Positions 1-12,767 of a stretch of 64,000 nt of DNA are shown in pieces. Below the pieces are notes generated by a model. It was not told the DNA's origin and did no database searches. It worked only from the letters and a program-made list of their open reading frames with translations. The position numbers and the translations under genes are program-made. Each line of letters begins with the position of its first letter. Positions within the stretch are counted from its first letter, which is position 1. This stretch comes from Eledone cirrhosa (taxonomy: Eukaryota): the NCBI GenBank assembly GCA_964016885.1, contig OZ024742.1, positions 27,900,001 to 27,964,000 on the forward strand, in the 5' to 3' direction.

Positions 1-1364
1 TCATCGAGCAAGAGCAAGAAGAAATAGGCCACAATAGCAATAGTAGATTATACTAATTGACACCATTATGTAACAGTTTTTCTTTATATACCCAGCAACT
101 TTTAGAGAAAAGTTTATATAGTACACAACCCCACCTCTTCTTGATTTAGGAAATGAAATAATGAAATACTGTGGAAACCTTAACATAAAGTGAAATCACC
201 AGAAAACATAAAGTAAAACTGACATAATATTCTCTGAGAAAAATGACAGTAATGTAGTAATTATAAACATAACAGTACTAAATGATGATAATACTGACAA
301 TTTAATAGGAGACACCGATTTAGATGTATTAAAAATATCAGAGAAGTTAAGGAATGTGTTTATCATACCATTTGTAATTGGTATAACTAGAATAATACAC
401 AACCTCTTGACAGATTGTCTATAAAGATAGGCATAGGCATATTAGAGAAAATATCTATTCTAGCATCTGTAATTATTATCAAGGCATTCTCACAAAGTAT
501 TTGTTAACCACAAATAGCGTAATGCATGTTATTAAAGATATGCCTAATTGCCTTTGATGTAAGAAAGGACCTCTTGATGTATCTATTAAACCATTAATAT
601 AAAAATTGCAATGTTGATAATTAGAAACATAGCAAAGACCAAATCTCAGACTGACTCTTCTCAACTTCAGGCCAAAAAATAGTTTAACCCTTAACAATTA
701 TTGATTATCTGTAAAGCTCAAGTGATACCAACAATGAAATACTGCTCCCACACCTAGGACAGTTTTCATCATCATCATTATCATCATCACTGTTTAGCAT
801 CCATTTTTCCATGCTAGTATGGGTTAGATGAGTTATCCTGTTGTGAGCAATAACAGGTCAGGTGACCATGTCTTGCTCATACAGAATTGATTTTGGCTTA
901 GTTTCTACAGCTGGATGCCCTTCTTAATGCCAACCTCATTTACAGTGAGTACTGGGTACTTTTTCTTTATTAGTAACACAGTCATCGTAGACTACACCCA
1001 GATAAGAGCTACCTGGTTAATCAGCCTGAACTTCCTCACAGACACTCTCCAGCTTCTGGCCTCATAGATGTGGCATCTCTTCTTTCTAACTTTTCTATTG
1101 CAACTATAATGGTTTCAGTACTTCAGATCTGGTTGCTCTCATGCCACCTCTATTTAGGCATTACTGACTCCCTCCTCTCAGTCTACGTGTTTACCCCACC
1201 CAAATTAATCATCAATGTTCCGAGAGGTTCACAGTCCAATTTTCAAGATGCAGTAGTTTTGATATATGTTGCTCCCTCTTTATAGTAAGCAGGACAGAAC
1301 CAATGTAATTGCGGGAAATATAGCTGCCAGAATTTGAATTTTTCGCCTCCAGAGTTAAGCAGCA

Positions 1365-1520
1365 AATTGGCAGAGTCGTTAGAACATCCGATAAAATACT
1401 TTGTAGTATTTGTTTCGTTTTATGCTCTCTGAGTTCAAATCCCACTGAGGTCAACTTTGCCTTTCATCCATTTGAGGTTGATAAAAAAAAAGTACCAGTC
1501 TAGTACTTGCGTTGATTTTT
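1365..1520 (+). mobile_element. SINE-A (tRNA-like head, TTA tail), degenerate
   Basis: TTGGCAGAGTCGTTAGA..CTGAGTTCAAATCCC..GAGGTCAACTTTGCCTTTCATCC. Confidence 0.7.
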
Positions 1521-2213
1521 CCTCTATGTCTTTTTCTCACTTCCATTCTTTCATTCACTCTACCTTACTCTTGAAAAACTCTGCTGTATTCAGGCCTGGA
1601 GAGGAGATGGGCTCCACCAGGTTTTTAAATGCCCTAGAAACACCATATGTCAATATGGCACCCATATGACACACTCAAAAGTTACCATGCAACTTCACTG
1701 TTAGACACCATCACTTGGGTGTATATTTTAGTTGGTGTTTAGTGTAGGTTGTCAGCATATTTATTTTAGCTTTATGGTGTGTTATGATTGTTTATTTATT
1801 ATACTCTATACAATGGCTTTGAAACTTATTGTGTTATGTAATTCATATCACATTTTAGGGAAAACCTAGAGGAAGTAAATTTTAATAAAAAATTAAAAAT
1901 TAAATGAAACAAAAGTTATTTCAGAGAGAGAATATATTCATAATAAAAGAAAAGATATATAATAAATTTTATTGAAAGGCACATTTGCTCATGAAACCCA
2001 CTTTCGAAAACTCTGGTGTATAATATAGAAGTGTTGTTTATTAATGTTTTTATATATATATATATGTGTGTGTGTATAATGTATCTATGCATATATATAT
2101 GTATGTGTATGCATATATATATGTATGTGTATGCATATATATGTGTGTATATACATACACGTGTGTGTGCGTGCGTATGCATATATATATATCCATATGC
2201 ACACACACACACA

Positions 2214-2253
<40 letters not shown>

Positions 2254-2258
2254 GATGA

Positions 2259-2301
<43 letters not shown>

Positions 2302-3326
2302 CACACACATACATACATATTTGTATTATATGGAGAAACAGATTTTCTTATAGCACTTCCCAAATTGCAGCTGTTTTGGCTCCTTGTGAAGAGATCTATA
2401 ATAACTACAGAATTCTCTTCAACCAGTAGGGATCTAGAAAAGAAGCTTTTGCTTATTGTAACAATCTACATACTATATCGCATTCCAAATTGCAGCTGCA
2501 CTTTCTGGTTTATTATCAAGAGAGTCTTTAGTTATTATACAGAATTCCCTTCAACTAACTTTTACTCTACAAGACGTAACTCTTCAGATAAATCTACCAT
2601 GTTTACAGAATTTTATCTTTCCAACTCGATACTGAATACATGGAATGAAATAGAAATGGTACTATTTCAGTTTCAACAATGAGTGCTCTAATTGTTGAAA
2701 CAAAAGTACAAGTAGTCGAGTATTCTACAGACATATATATATATACTTAACGTAATTCTCAAGAAGAAGCAACATAACAGTCTCTGCCAGGGCAGGCTCT
2801 TTGAATTACATATTGAGTCCATCTAATAAACTTCACTAATAAAAGATGAGCAAAATTAAATAATACAAAAAGGAAGAAGAGGTAAAGAAGGGCAGATCTG
2901 GTTGTATAGGAAAGTAAAGGAAAGAGCTATAAATGATATAAATGAAAAGAAAAGGAGGGAAAGGGCAAAGACTATAAGGAAAGGGCAAGGACTATGAGGC
3001 AAAGTAGAAAGAGGAGGGAGAGGAGAGGGTGACAGACACTACGCCAACGCCGGGGCGGTGTTTCAGCTGCACCACACAGACAAAATTGCAATGGCATTTC
3101 CAGAGATACTGGCCAGTGACACCAGTTGAAACAGCCACCCTAGCTGCCAGGACTCCTTCCTCAGATAAGCTGCTGACCGAATGTGAAACAAAGTAAATGG
3201 CACTTGCCCAAAATTCCCCAGTATGTTTAGATCCAGGATCTAATGATTACAAAGTGAACACCTTGTCATTTACAATCTTTTAACGAGTGCTAATAATAAA
3301 TATTTGCTCTATGGACTTATACATAC

Positions 3327-3376
<50 letters not shown>

Positions 3377-3379
<3 letters not shown>

Positions 3380-3597
3380 GTTATTAGGAGTATTCCAAAG
3401 CTTGGTAGAACAAGTTGTAGTGGAAACACGAACAAACGAGGAGTGTAATCAAAGAAGAGAAATAGGATGAAGGTAAACAGTTACAAAAGAATTTCAGCCA
3501 CGTATTAACAATTGTTTCATCAGAATAATTCTGATGAAACAATTGTTAATACGTGGATTAAATTCTTTTGTAACTGTTTACCTTCGTCCTATTTCTC

Positions 3598-3601
<4 letters not shown>
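3377..3601. mobile_element. (TA)n-inserted palindromic element with stem-II-deleted hammerhead remnant
   Basis: 149-bp palindrome 3453-3601 (3 mismatches) centred on 3527, each arm reading ATT-CTGATGAAAC-AATT-GTT-AAT; left extension; (TA)n flanks. Confidence 0.6.
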
Positions 3602-3636
<35 letters not shown>

Positions 3637-3718
3637 AGTAGGACCCCGACGGCTGAGCTGAAGCCATTTCGACGACTAATTCTGGACTAAATGAAAATTT
3701 TTATCCTCATTTCCTTCG

Positions 3719-3780
<62 letters not shown>

Positions 3781-3854
3781 TCATCATCATCATCAACGTT
3801 TAACGTCCGTGTTCCACGCTTGCATGGGTTTGGAGTATATATATATATATATAT

Positions 3855-4201
3855 GGAGGCACATCGCTTAGTGGTTAGAGCATTGGCCTTGCAATCGAAA
3901 GGTTGTGAGTTCAATTCTCAGACTGGGTGATGTGTTGTTTCCTTGAGCAAGACACTTTATTTCACATTGCTCCAGTTTACTCAGCTGTAGAAATGAGATG
4001 ATAGGGACTGGGGTCCATATCATTCCACTGCAAAGTGGTCGTGCAGGTGTCATGGCAAAAAAGCACCCAGAACTCACTGTAAATGAGGTTGGTGTTAGGA
4101 AGGGCATCCAGCTGTAGAAATCAAGCCAGAATCAGTTCCCGTCCCACCCTTGCAAGCAGGGAAAAAGCGGAAGTAAAATGAAATGATGATGATGATTATG
4201 A

Positions 4202-4205
<4 letters not shown>
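3855..4205 (+). mobile_element. tRNA-headed CORE-type SINE with RTE-derived tail (SINE-B)
   Basis: A/B-box head (TAGTGGTTAGAGC..GAGTTCAATTC), CCTTGAGCAAGACACTT core, tail matching the RTE 3'UTR, (GAT)n. Confidence 0.85.
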
Positions 4206-4238
<33 letters not shown>

Positions 4239-4247
4239 TATATGTAT

Positions 4248-4590
4248 GGAGGCACTTGGCTTAGTGGTTAGAGCATTGGCCTTGCAATCGAAAGGTTGTG
4301 AGTTCAATTCTCAGACCGGGTGATGTGTTGTTTCCTTGAGCAAGACACTTTATTTCACATTGCTCCAGTTTACTCAGCTGTAGATATGAGATGATAGGGA
4401 CTGGGGTCCATATCATTCCACTGCAAAGTGGTCGTGGAGGTGCCATGGCAAAAAAGCACCCAGCACTCACTGTAAATGAGGTTGGTGTTAGGAAGGGCAT
4501 CCAACTGTAGAAATCAAGCCAGAATCAGTTCCCGTCCCACCCTAGCAAGCAGGGAAAAGTGGACGTAAAATGAAATGATGATGATGATGA
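4248..4590 (+). mobile_element. SINE-B, tandem second copy
   Basis: Near-identical to 3855-4205. Confidence 0.85.
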
Positions 4591-4636
4591 TATATATATA
4601 CATATATATATATATATAAAAACAAATAACGAAACG

Positions 4637-4680
<44 letters not shown>

Positions 4681-4780
4681 CAAAAGAATGTGACTTGTTT
4701 TTCCTCAAAGAAATCTTTTTCGTTTCTGTCATTGCTCACTCTCCTCTATTTTTTCTATTTCTTCTTTAATTTCTCATTCT

Positions 4781-4818
4781 CTTTTCTGATGAAGGGCTAG
4801 CCTCTGAAACGTTATGAC
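4781..4818 (+). ncRNA. Minimal type I hammerhead (family B), degenerate stem I
   Basis: CTGATGA-AGGGCTAGCCTCT-GAAA-CGTT|ATGAC; flanks homologous to the 43.3 kb and 49.7 kb copies. Confidence 0.5.
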
Positions 4819-4921
4819 CTTTCCTACTATATCAAGCTTAAAACTAATATATTTTTTCATATGCTTATTTCTGTTTGCCTTTTGCATATATATATATACA
4901 CATACACATATATGTATATAT

Positions 4922-5120
4922 AATGAAGGAAGTGTCGTAAGGAACCCAGCTGGACCATAACGCACCAGAGAACTCGATACTTAGTGTAGTAGAGTGGGTA
5001 ATAGGAAATGAGTCAGGACTCCGACAACTGAGCTCCAGCCGTTTCGACAGCTAGATCTGAACGTTCTGATCTAGCTTTTGAAACAGCCATAGCTCAGTTG
5101 TCGGCATCCTGACTCTTTTC

Positions 5121-5122
<2 letters not shown>
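4922..5122. mobile_element. (TA)n-inserted imperfect palindromic element (family C)
   Basis: Arms 5004-5062 / 5063-5121 with left extension; related partial copies at 3636-3690 and about 37570-37692. Confidence 0.55.
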
Positions 5123-5215
<93 letters not shown>

Positions 5216-5250
5216 GTTTCTTCGTGAGTGAATAACAATAATATCATAAT

Positions 5251-5440
5251 AGTGGATTGGCAGTGTCGGTAGAGGATCGGACGCCATGCTTTGACGCATT
5301 GAGTTACGGCCCTTGCCATTCTGAGTTCAAATCCTGCCGAGGTTAACTTTGCCTTTCATCCTTACGGGGTCGATAAAATAAAGTACCAGCAATACACTGG
5401 GTAATTGCTGGCCTTGTGCCAAAAGTAGAAACAATTATTA
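5251..5440 (+). mobile_element. SINE-A
   Basis: TTGGCAGTGTCGGTAGAG..GAGTTCAAATCC..GGCCTTGTGCCAAAAGTAGAAACAATTATTA. Confidence 0.85.
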
Positions 5441-6012
5441 ATATTCTCTCACAAATACATTTAGGTATCCACCACGTTACGACCGAAAACAAATTTTGTT
5501 TATACATATATATATATATATACATTAATGTATACACAGATACATTAATATTGGTATCACTTGACTTAAAGACAATCACTTAAGATTTTAACTATATGAA
5601 TAAAAATTCATTTTTTCACATCGTTATATAATGTCAATTTGAAGCAAAAATATATTTTTTTTAAATTTTAATTAGCAGAATGCAATTATCGACAATATCA
5701 ATAATGCAACAAAAATGAACATTAATTTAAGAATATTAAAGAAAAAAGAAATATTTAAATTTTAATATTGTACTCTATGTGAGAAAATCTATTAACTATA
5801 ATATTTATAGAATATCATACTAGGATGTGTTGTGAAATAGTTTATAACCATGTGTGTGTGTCTCTATATGTGTCTGTGCATGTGTGTGTGTTTCTATATA
5901 TATGTATATAAAATACAGTTTATCAAAGTGTTTACTTACATGGTTTAGTTTTCTCCCTCACTGGGTTATCTGTAAAAGAAACAGAAAGATGGAGGTCTAT
6001 GAGAAAAAAGAT

Positions 6013-9000
6013 ATCATCATCATCATCATCATCATCATCATCGTTTAACGTCCATGTTCCACGCTTGCATGGGTTTGGACGGGAGTTTTCCCACTTGAGG
6101 CAAGAGTGGTTGTCTTGCTCGCATAGGACAGTCTGGCAGGTTTTCTACAGCTGGATGCCCTTCCTAACACCAACCACATTTGCAGTGTGGGGCTGGGAGG
6201 TTTTTACCATCTTGCCTTACACGGCCACATTACAGCGTGGACTGTGTGTTTTTTGTTGTGACATCTACACGATCTCATTTGTTTCGGCCTGGATGTTGTG
6301 GCACCAACATAACTTTACATTGAAAGGGGCGGTGTGGATGGGGTGGGGGTGCTGGGATGGGGGAGTATTTCGTTAGAGATGCCTACTGACTGTAGCAGGT
6401 TTTACTTTGTATTTAGGTAAGGCGGGTCTTCTCTATTACTGAGTACCGCCAAAGGTCTCGGTCCAGTGACATTGTCTTGGAGAGGTGTAAGCGTGTGAGG
6501 TCGGAATTTATCAGCTCGTCCGAGGTTTTTCTGGGTCTGCCTACTCCATAGCTACCGTCTATCTTTATTTCCCTGCACTTTGTTATACAGCTGTCGTCTT
6601 TCATGCGCATCACGTGACCATACCAACGTAGCCTTCTCTCGAGTAAACAACATCTGATCCCTCTTATTTCTAATTTGTTCCTTAGTTCGTTTATGCTTTG
6701 CCGTTCACGTATATTACTATTACATATCCAGCAGAGCATGCAAGCTTCGTTCCTCTCTAGTCTGCGTATATCCTCTGCACACAATGCCCAGGTCTCACTG
6801 CCATGCAGCATTGCTGTTCGTATGCAGGCATCATACAACCTGCCTTTCATTTTTAGGGAGAACCCTTTAGCGGCTAATAGTGGTATAAGCTCTCTGAACT
6901 TTTTCCATCCAGTTCTGACTCTAGCTACTGTACTTTCAGAGCACCCTCCCCCACTGCTGATTTTCTCACCCAGGTAACGGAAGCTGTCCACTATTTCTAT
7001 AGAACCCTCTGCGCAATTGAAAGAGCTAGTATTCTGTGGGCACTTGCTGCTACTTATTGCACCAGAGCACCGGCCACATGTAAAATCTATGTTCTTAGTT
7101 AGCTTACCTGTGATCCCACTACATATTTTATGCACCCATACTTTGCATTTGGGACATAAAATGGAGTTTCTACCTACGCCTTTCCTACACACTGAGCATG
7201 GCCATTTCCCGGAAGGGACCGCCGCCTTATTTTCTTTCCTACAAACTAGAACTTTAGTCTTAGCCAGGTTAATTTTAAGGCCTTTTGATTCTAGGCCGTG
7301 CTTCCATGTTTGGAATTTCTTCTCTAGCTCGGTCATTGATTCAGCTATGAGCATTAGATCATCTGCGTATAGGAGTTCCCATGGGCAGCCGGTCTTGAAC
7401 TCCTCTGTTATAGCCTGAAGGGCAATAATAAATAGTAGGGGGCTAAGAACAGAGCCCTGATGGACACCAACTTTTACGCTAAACTCTTCACTATATTTGT
7501 TGTTAATTCTAACCTTGCTGACTGTTTCTTTATACATGGCTTGTATAGCTCTCACAAGCCATTCGTCAACACCTAGTTTTCTAAGAGCCCACCAGATAAT
7601 GGAACGGGGGAATCTGTCGAATGCTTTCTCCAAGTCAACAAAAGCTAAGTATAGGGGTTTACTTTTAGCTAGGTACTTCTCCTGTAGTTGTCGTACAATG
7701 AAAAGAGCGTCTGTGGTACTTTTGCCTGACACAAACCCGAACTGCATTTCATCTAGATCAATTCTCTCTCTGATTAGTTGTGCTATTACTTTTTCCGTGA
7801 CCTTCATGACCTGGTCGATAAATTTAATGCCTCTATAGTTACACCTATCTAGGGCATCTCCTTTACCCTTGTAACAGTTAATGATGATGCTGCTATGCCA
7901 GTCCTTCGGAACAACCCCATTCTGTATGACTCGGTTTACTATCCGGGTGACCATGGTGTGTCCCTCCGTTCCAGAGGCTTTCAGCATCTCAGCAACTATT
8001 TCCGAAGGCCCAGCCGCCTTACCCGTCTTCATATCTTTGATTGCCTTACTTATTATACTACCTTCGACTAACACTGCTGGTCCTTCTATTGGGTCGATGT
8101 GGGGGAGACTGTCTTTCTCCCATTTGTTCTCCTCATTTAGAAGCCTTTCGTAGTGACACTTCCAAGCTACCTTCTTATCAGCGTCAGTGATGGCAAGTAC
8201 ACCATCATCATTAAGTACACACTTCTTCCCGACAATATCACGGTTTTCCTTGACACATTGCCTAGCAATCCTGAACACCTCACGTTTTTGGTCCTCACGT
8301 TGTAGAACATGCTTGAACTTTCTTTCCTCTGCTTCCCTTCTTGCGAAGTACACTTGTCTCCTAGCTTCTCTCCTGGCCACTTGGTAGTCTTCTCTACTTC
8401 CCCCATCCCGCCATACTTTCCAAGCCTGCTTTTTGGCCTTAATTGACTCCTCCACCTTACTGTTCCACCACTATGTTACTCTCCTCCTACCTACAGGCCT
8501 GCTCCAGCCACAGACTTCGTCTGCCGCCGTCAGCAGGTTTGCTTTCAGGAATTCCCACTGTTCCTCTATATTATACAACTGTAATTGCTCTTCCTTACTG
8601 TCGAAAGCATCAAGTAATATGCTTTGAAATTTATTTCTGGCTGTGGGGTCCTTTACCTTCCATATTTTTCTCCTGAAGATAGTCCTCTTCTGCTGTCTAG
8701 TACGTCTCGTCCTGACTATGAGGTCGCTAATTATCAATCTATGTTGGGAGGTGCATTTTTCATGGGGGAGGGATTTAGTGTTAACAACAGACACTCTGTC
8801 ACGTCTTCTGGTAAGGATATAATCTACCTGGCTTGTGTGTTACCCCGATCTATAGGTGACCAAGTGATTGTCTCGTTTTTTGAAGTTAGTGTTACAGATA
8901 GTTAGGTTATTTGCGTCACAGAATTCCAGGATTCTGGAGCCTTCCTCATTTCTAGTTCCGAACCCATAGCCTCCATGGATTCCGTCATAGCCGTCACAAT

Positions 9001-10035
9001 GTTGTCCAACGTGACCATTTAGGTCACCTGCAATAATTATATAGTCACTGTCGGTTATTTGGGAGGTAGCGAGCATCAGTGTCTTATAGAATCTGTCTTT
9101 TATAGCGCCGGGCAGTCCGGATTGGGGTGCGTACGCAGATATTACTGTCACCGTAGTTCTATTGAGGACAAGTCTTATTTTAATTATTCTGTCGTTCACT
9201 CTATTTACGTCTATTATCTTATCTGCCCACTTTTCTGCTAATTTGATTCCTACCCCCACCTAGCCCATTGTCATTTCCCACCCAGAAAAGCTTATAGCAT
9301 CGTTCTTTACCCACGATGAATCTAGCAGACCCTTCCCTCCACCTGGTCTCTTGAATACAACAAACATCGACCTCCTTACGTTCAAGCATTTCTACAACCT
9401 CGTTAGAGCGACCCTTTAAGGTGCCTACATTCATGGTACCAACTCTGAAGTTTTGGATTGCGTTTGGAGGTTGGGAGCGGTGGGGCGTGGGGGGGGGGGG
9501 GGGTTATGTTAGCCATCCGCGGCCGAAACAAGGAGGAGGAGTGCTTGCATTTTCGTCCACGAGGTGAATTTGTCTTTATCTTTGGCAGTGTCGCTGAGCG
9601 TCCCTATTTTTCTCTCTTCAACTCTCCAGAATTCCGTAGTCCATCCATCATATCGAAAGGCAACCAGTTAAGCGATAGTATGGGCCTCTGACTTATGATT
9701 GGTCCACGTAATAATGGTGGTGCGTGGGGGCGGGAGGGAGGGAGGGAGGGATGGTGGTGCGTGAGAGCGGGAGGGAGGGATGTTGGGTAGTTAGCGAGAA
9801 GGTAAGGTTTTAAATAAGATCCCCGTATTTTGGGCATAATTTAACAATAAACGAAAATACAAGATTTGTTTTGCTTAGGAAAATACGATGATAGAGAAAA
9901 TATGATATAGAATGGCGAATAAATGGACTAAAGGATTAGAATGGAGAGGAGAATGGAGAAAATATTTGTACGTTACATTATACCAAAGGAAACAGCCATA
10001 CCAGAATAGGGATTTGGCGATTTTGATTTTTTTCG
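6013..10035 (-). mobile_element. RTE-clade LINE, near full length, disabled (APE endonuclease + RT + PHD-like finger)
   Basis: EN motifs (GTMNVGTL, IQETRW, AYAPQ, GDLNGHVG, VDYIL), RT motifs (QFGF, FVDLEKAFD, GVHQGSVLSP, YADD), RRLRWYGHV..GRPRKT tail, (GAT)n 3' end. One frameshift near 9255, stops near 8840 and 8471. 5' boundary approximate. Confidence 0.92.
6413..9450 (-). pseudogene. Disrupted RTE EN-RT ORF
   Basis: ORF pieces 9219-9434, 8840-9259, 8471-8794 and 6413-8455 join into one EN-RT protein; the last three are in one frame, split by single stops (RSG*HTSQVDY; RVT*WWN). Confidence 0.9.
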
Positions 10036-10072
10036 TATATATATACAAACAAAGGGACACTACTGTGATCAG

Positions 10073-12767
10073 GTTAACAGATATACAGGGAACAGATATG
10101 GAATGATAATACATAGTTAACAGATATAAAGGAAACAGATATGGAATGATACTACATAGTTAACAGATATAGTGGAAGCAGATATGGAATGATACTACGT
10201 AGTAAACAGATAGATAGGAAACAGATATGGAATGACACTACATAGTTAACAGATATACAGGGAACAGATATGGAATGATACTATGTAGTAAACAGATATA
10301 TAGGAAACAGATATGGAATGACACTACATAGTTAACAGATATATAGGAAACAGATATGGAATGACACTACATAGTTAACAGATATATAGGAAACAGATAT
10401 GGAATGACACTACATAGTTAACAGATATGGAATGATACTACGTAGTAAACAGATATATAGGAAACAGATATGGAATGACACTACATAGTTAACAGATATA
10501 CAGGGAACAGATATGGAATGACACTACATAGTTAACAGATATATAGGAAACAGATATGGAATGATACTGCATAGTAAACAGATATATAGGAAACAGATAT
10601 GGAATAATACTACATATTAAACAGATATATAGGAAACAGATATGGAATGACACTACGTAGTTAACAGATATATAGGAAACAGATATGGAATGATACTACA
10701 TAGTAAACAGATATAGTGGAAACAGATATGGAATGATACTACGTAGTAAACAGATATATAGGAAACAGATATGGAATGATACTACGTAGTTAACAGATAT
10801 ATAGGAAACAGATATGGAATGATACTACATAGTTAACAGATATATAGGAAACAGATATGGAATGATACTACGTAGTTAACAGATATATAGGAAACAGATA
10901 TGGAATGATACTACATAGTTAACAGATATACAGGGAACAGATCATCATCATCATCATCATCAACGTTTAACGTCCGTATTCCACGCTTGCCTGAGTTTGG
11001 ATGGGGTGGGGGTGCTGGGACGGGGGTGTATTTTGTTAGAGATGCCTACTGACTATAGTAGGTTTTACTTTGTATTTAGGTAGGGCGAGTCTTCTCTATT
11101 ACTGAGTACCGCCAAAGGTCTCGGTCCAGTGACATTGTCTTGGAGCGGTGTAAGTGTGTGAGGTCGGAATTTATCAGGTCGTCCCAGGTTTTTTGGGGTC
11201 TGCCTACTCCGTAGCTACCATCTATCTTTATTGCCCTGCACTTTGTTATACAGCTGTCGTCTTTCATGCGCACCTCGTGATCATACCAACGTAGCCTTCT
11301 CTCGAGTAAACAACATCTGATCCCTCTTATTTCTAATTTTTTCCTTTGTTCGCTTATGCTTTGCCGTTCACGTATGTTACTATTACACATCCAGCAGAGC
11401 ATGCAAGCTTCGTTCCTCTCTAGTCTGCGTATATCCTCTGCACACAATGCCCAGGTCTCACTGCCATGCAACATTGCTGTTCGTATGCAGGCATCATACA
11501 ACCTGCCTTTCATTTTTAGGGAGAACCCTTTAGTGGCTAATAGTGGTATATGCTCTCTGAACTTTTTCCATCCAGTTCTGACCCTAGCTACTGTACTTTC
11601 AGAGCACCCTCCCCCACTGCTGATTTTCTCACCCAGGTAACGGAAGCTGTCAACTATTTCTATAGAACCCTCTGCGCAATTGAAAGAGCTAGTATTTGTG
11701 GGCACTTGCTGCTACTTATTGCACCAGAGCATCGGCCACATGTAAAATCTATGTTCTTAGTTAGCTTACCTGTAATCCCACTACATCTTTTATGCACCCA
11801 TACTTTGCATTTGGGACATAAAATGGAGTTTCTACCTACGCCTTTCCTACACACTGGATATGGAATGATACTACATAGTTAACAGATATATAGGAAACAG
11901 ATATGGAATGATACTACATAGTTAACAGATATAGAGGAAACAGATATGGAATGATACTACATAGTTAACAGATATATAGGAAACAGATATGGAATGATAC
12001 TACATAGTTAACAGATATAGTGGAAACAGATATAGAATGATACTACATAGTTAACAGATATATAGGAAACAGATATGGAATGATACTACATAGTTAACAG
12101 ATATAGAGGAAACAGATATGGAATGATACTACATAGTTAACAGATATAGAGGAAACAGATATGGAATGATACTACATAGTTAACAGATATAGAGGAAACA
12201 GATATGGAATGATACTACATAGTTAACAGATATAGAGGAAACAGATATGGAATGATACTACATAGTTAACAGATATATAGGAAACAGATATGGAATGATA
12301 CTACATAGTTAACAGATATATAGAAAACAGATATGGAATGATACTACATAGTTAACAGATATAGAGGAAACAGATATGGAATGATACTACATAGTTAACA
12401 GATATAGAGGAAACAGATATGAAATGATACTACATAGTTAACAGATATATAGGAAACAGATATGGAATGATACTACATAGTTAACAGATATATAGAAAAC
12501 AGATATGGAATGATACTACATAGTTAACAGATATAGAGGAAACAGATATGGAATGATACTACATAGTTAACAGATATAGAGGAAACAGATATGGAATGAT
12601 ACTACGTAGTTAACAGATATATAGGAAACAGATATGGAATGATACTACATAGTTAATAGATATAGAGGAAACAGATATGGAATGATACTACGTAGTTAAC
12701 AGATATATAGGAAACAGATATGGAATTAACTACTAGTTAATAGATATAGTGGAAACAGATATGGAAA
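10073..12767. repeat. 43-bp minisatellite split by the RTE insertion
   Basis: Unit GATATGGAATGATACTACATAGTTAACAGATATATAGGAAACA, about 40 copies. Confidence 0.95.
10943..11856 (-). mobile_element. 5'-truncated RTE copy inserted in a 43-bp satellite
   Basis: Near-identical to the 3' part of the 6-10 kb RTE, with a 1-nt frameshift and an internal 3'UTR deletion; GAT on both flanks (10940-42, 11857-59). Confidence 0.9.

Noticed and set aside
3855-3930. SINE heads as tRNA genes
   Set aside because: A/B boxes present but no complete cloverleaf; they continue into the SINE body in multiple copies.
6675-8387. Plus-strand ORFs overlapping the RTE
   Set aside because: Antisense shadows of the RT ORF.
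9840-10035. HDV-like ribozyme in the RTE 5'UTR
   Set aside because: Known for some RTEs, but I could not build the nested double pseudoknot from this AT-rich sequence.
10073-12767. Regular 43-bp (and 45-bp at 46 kb) repeats as a CRISPR array
   Set aside because: Units are contiguous with no unique spacers, there are no cas genes, and the context is eukaryotic.
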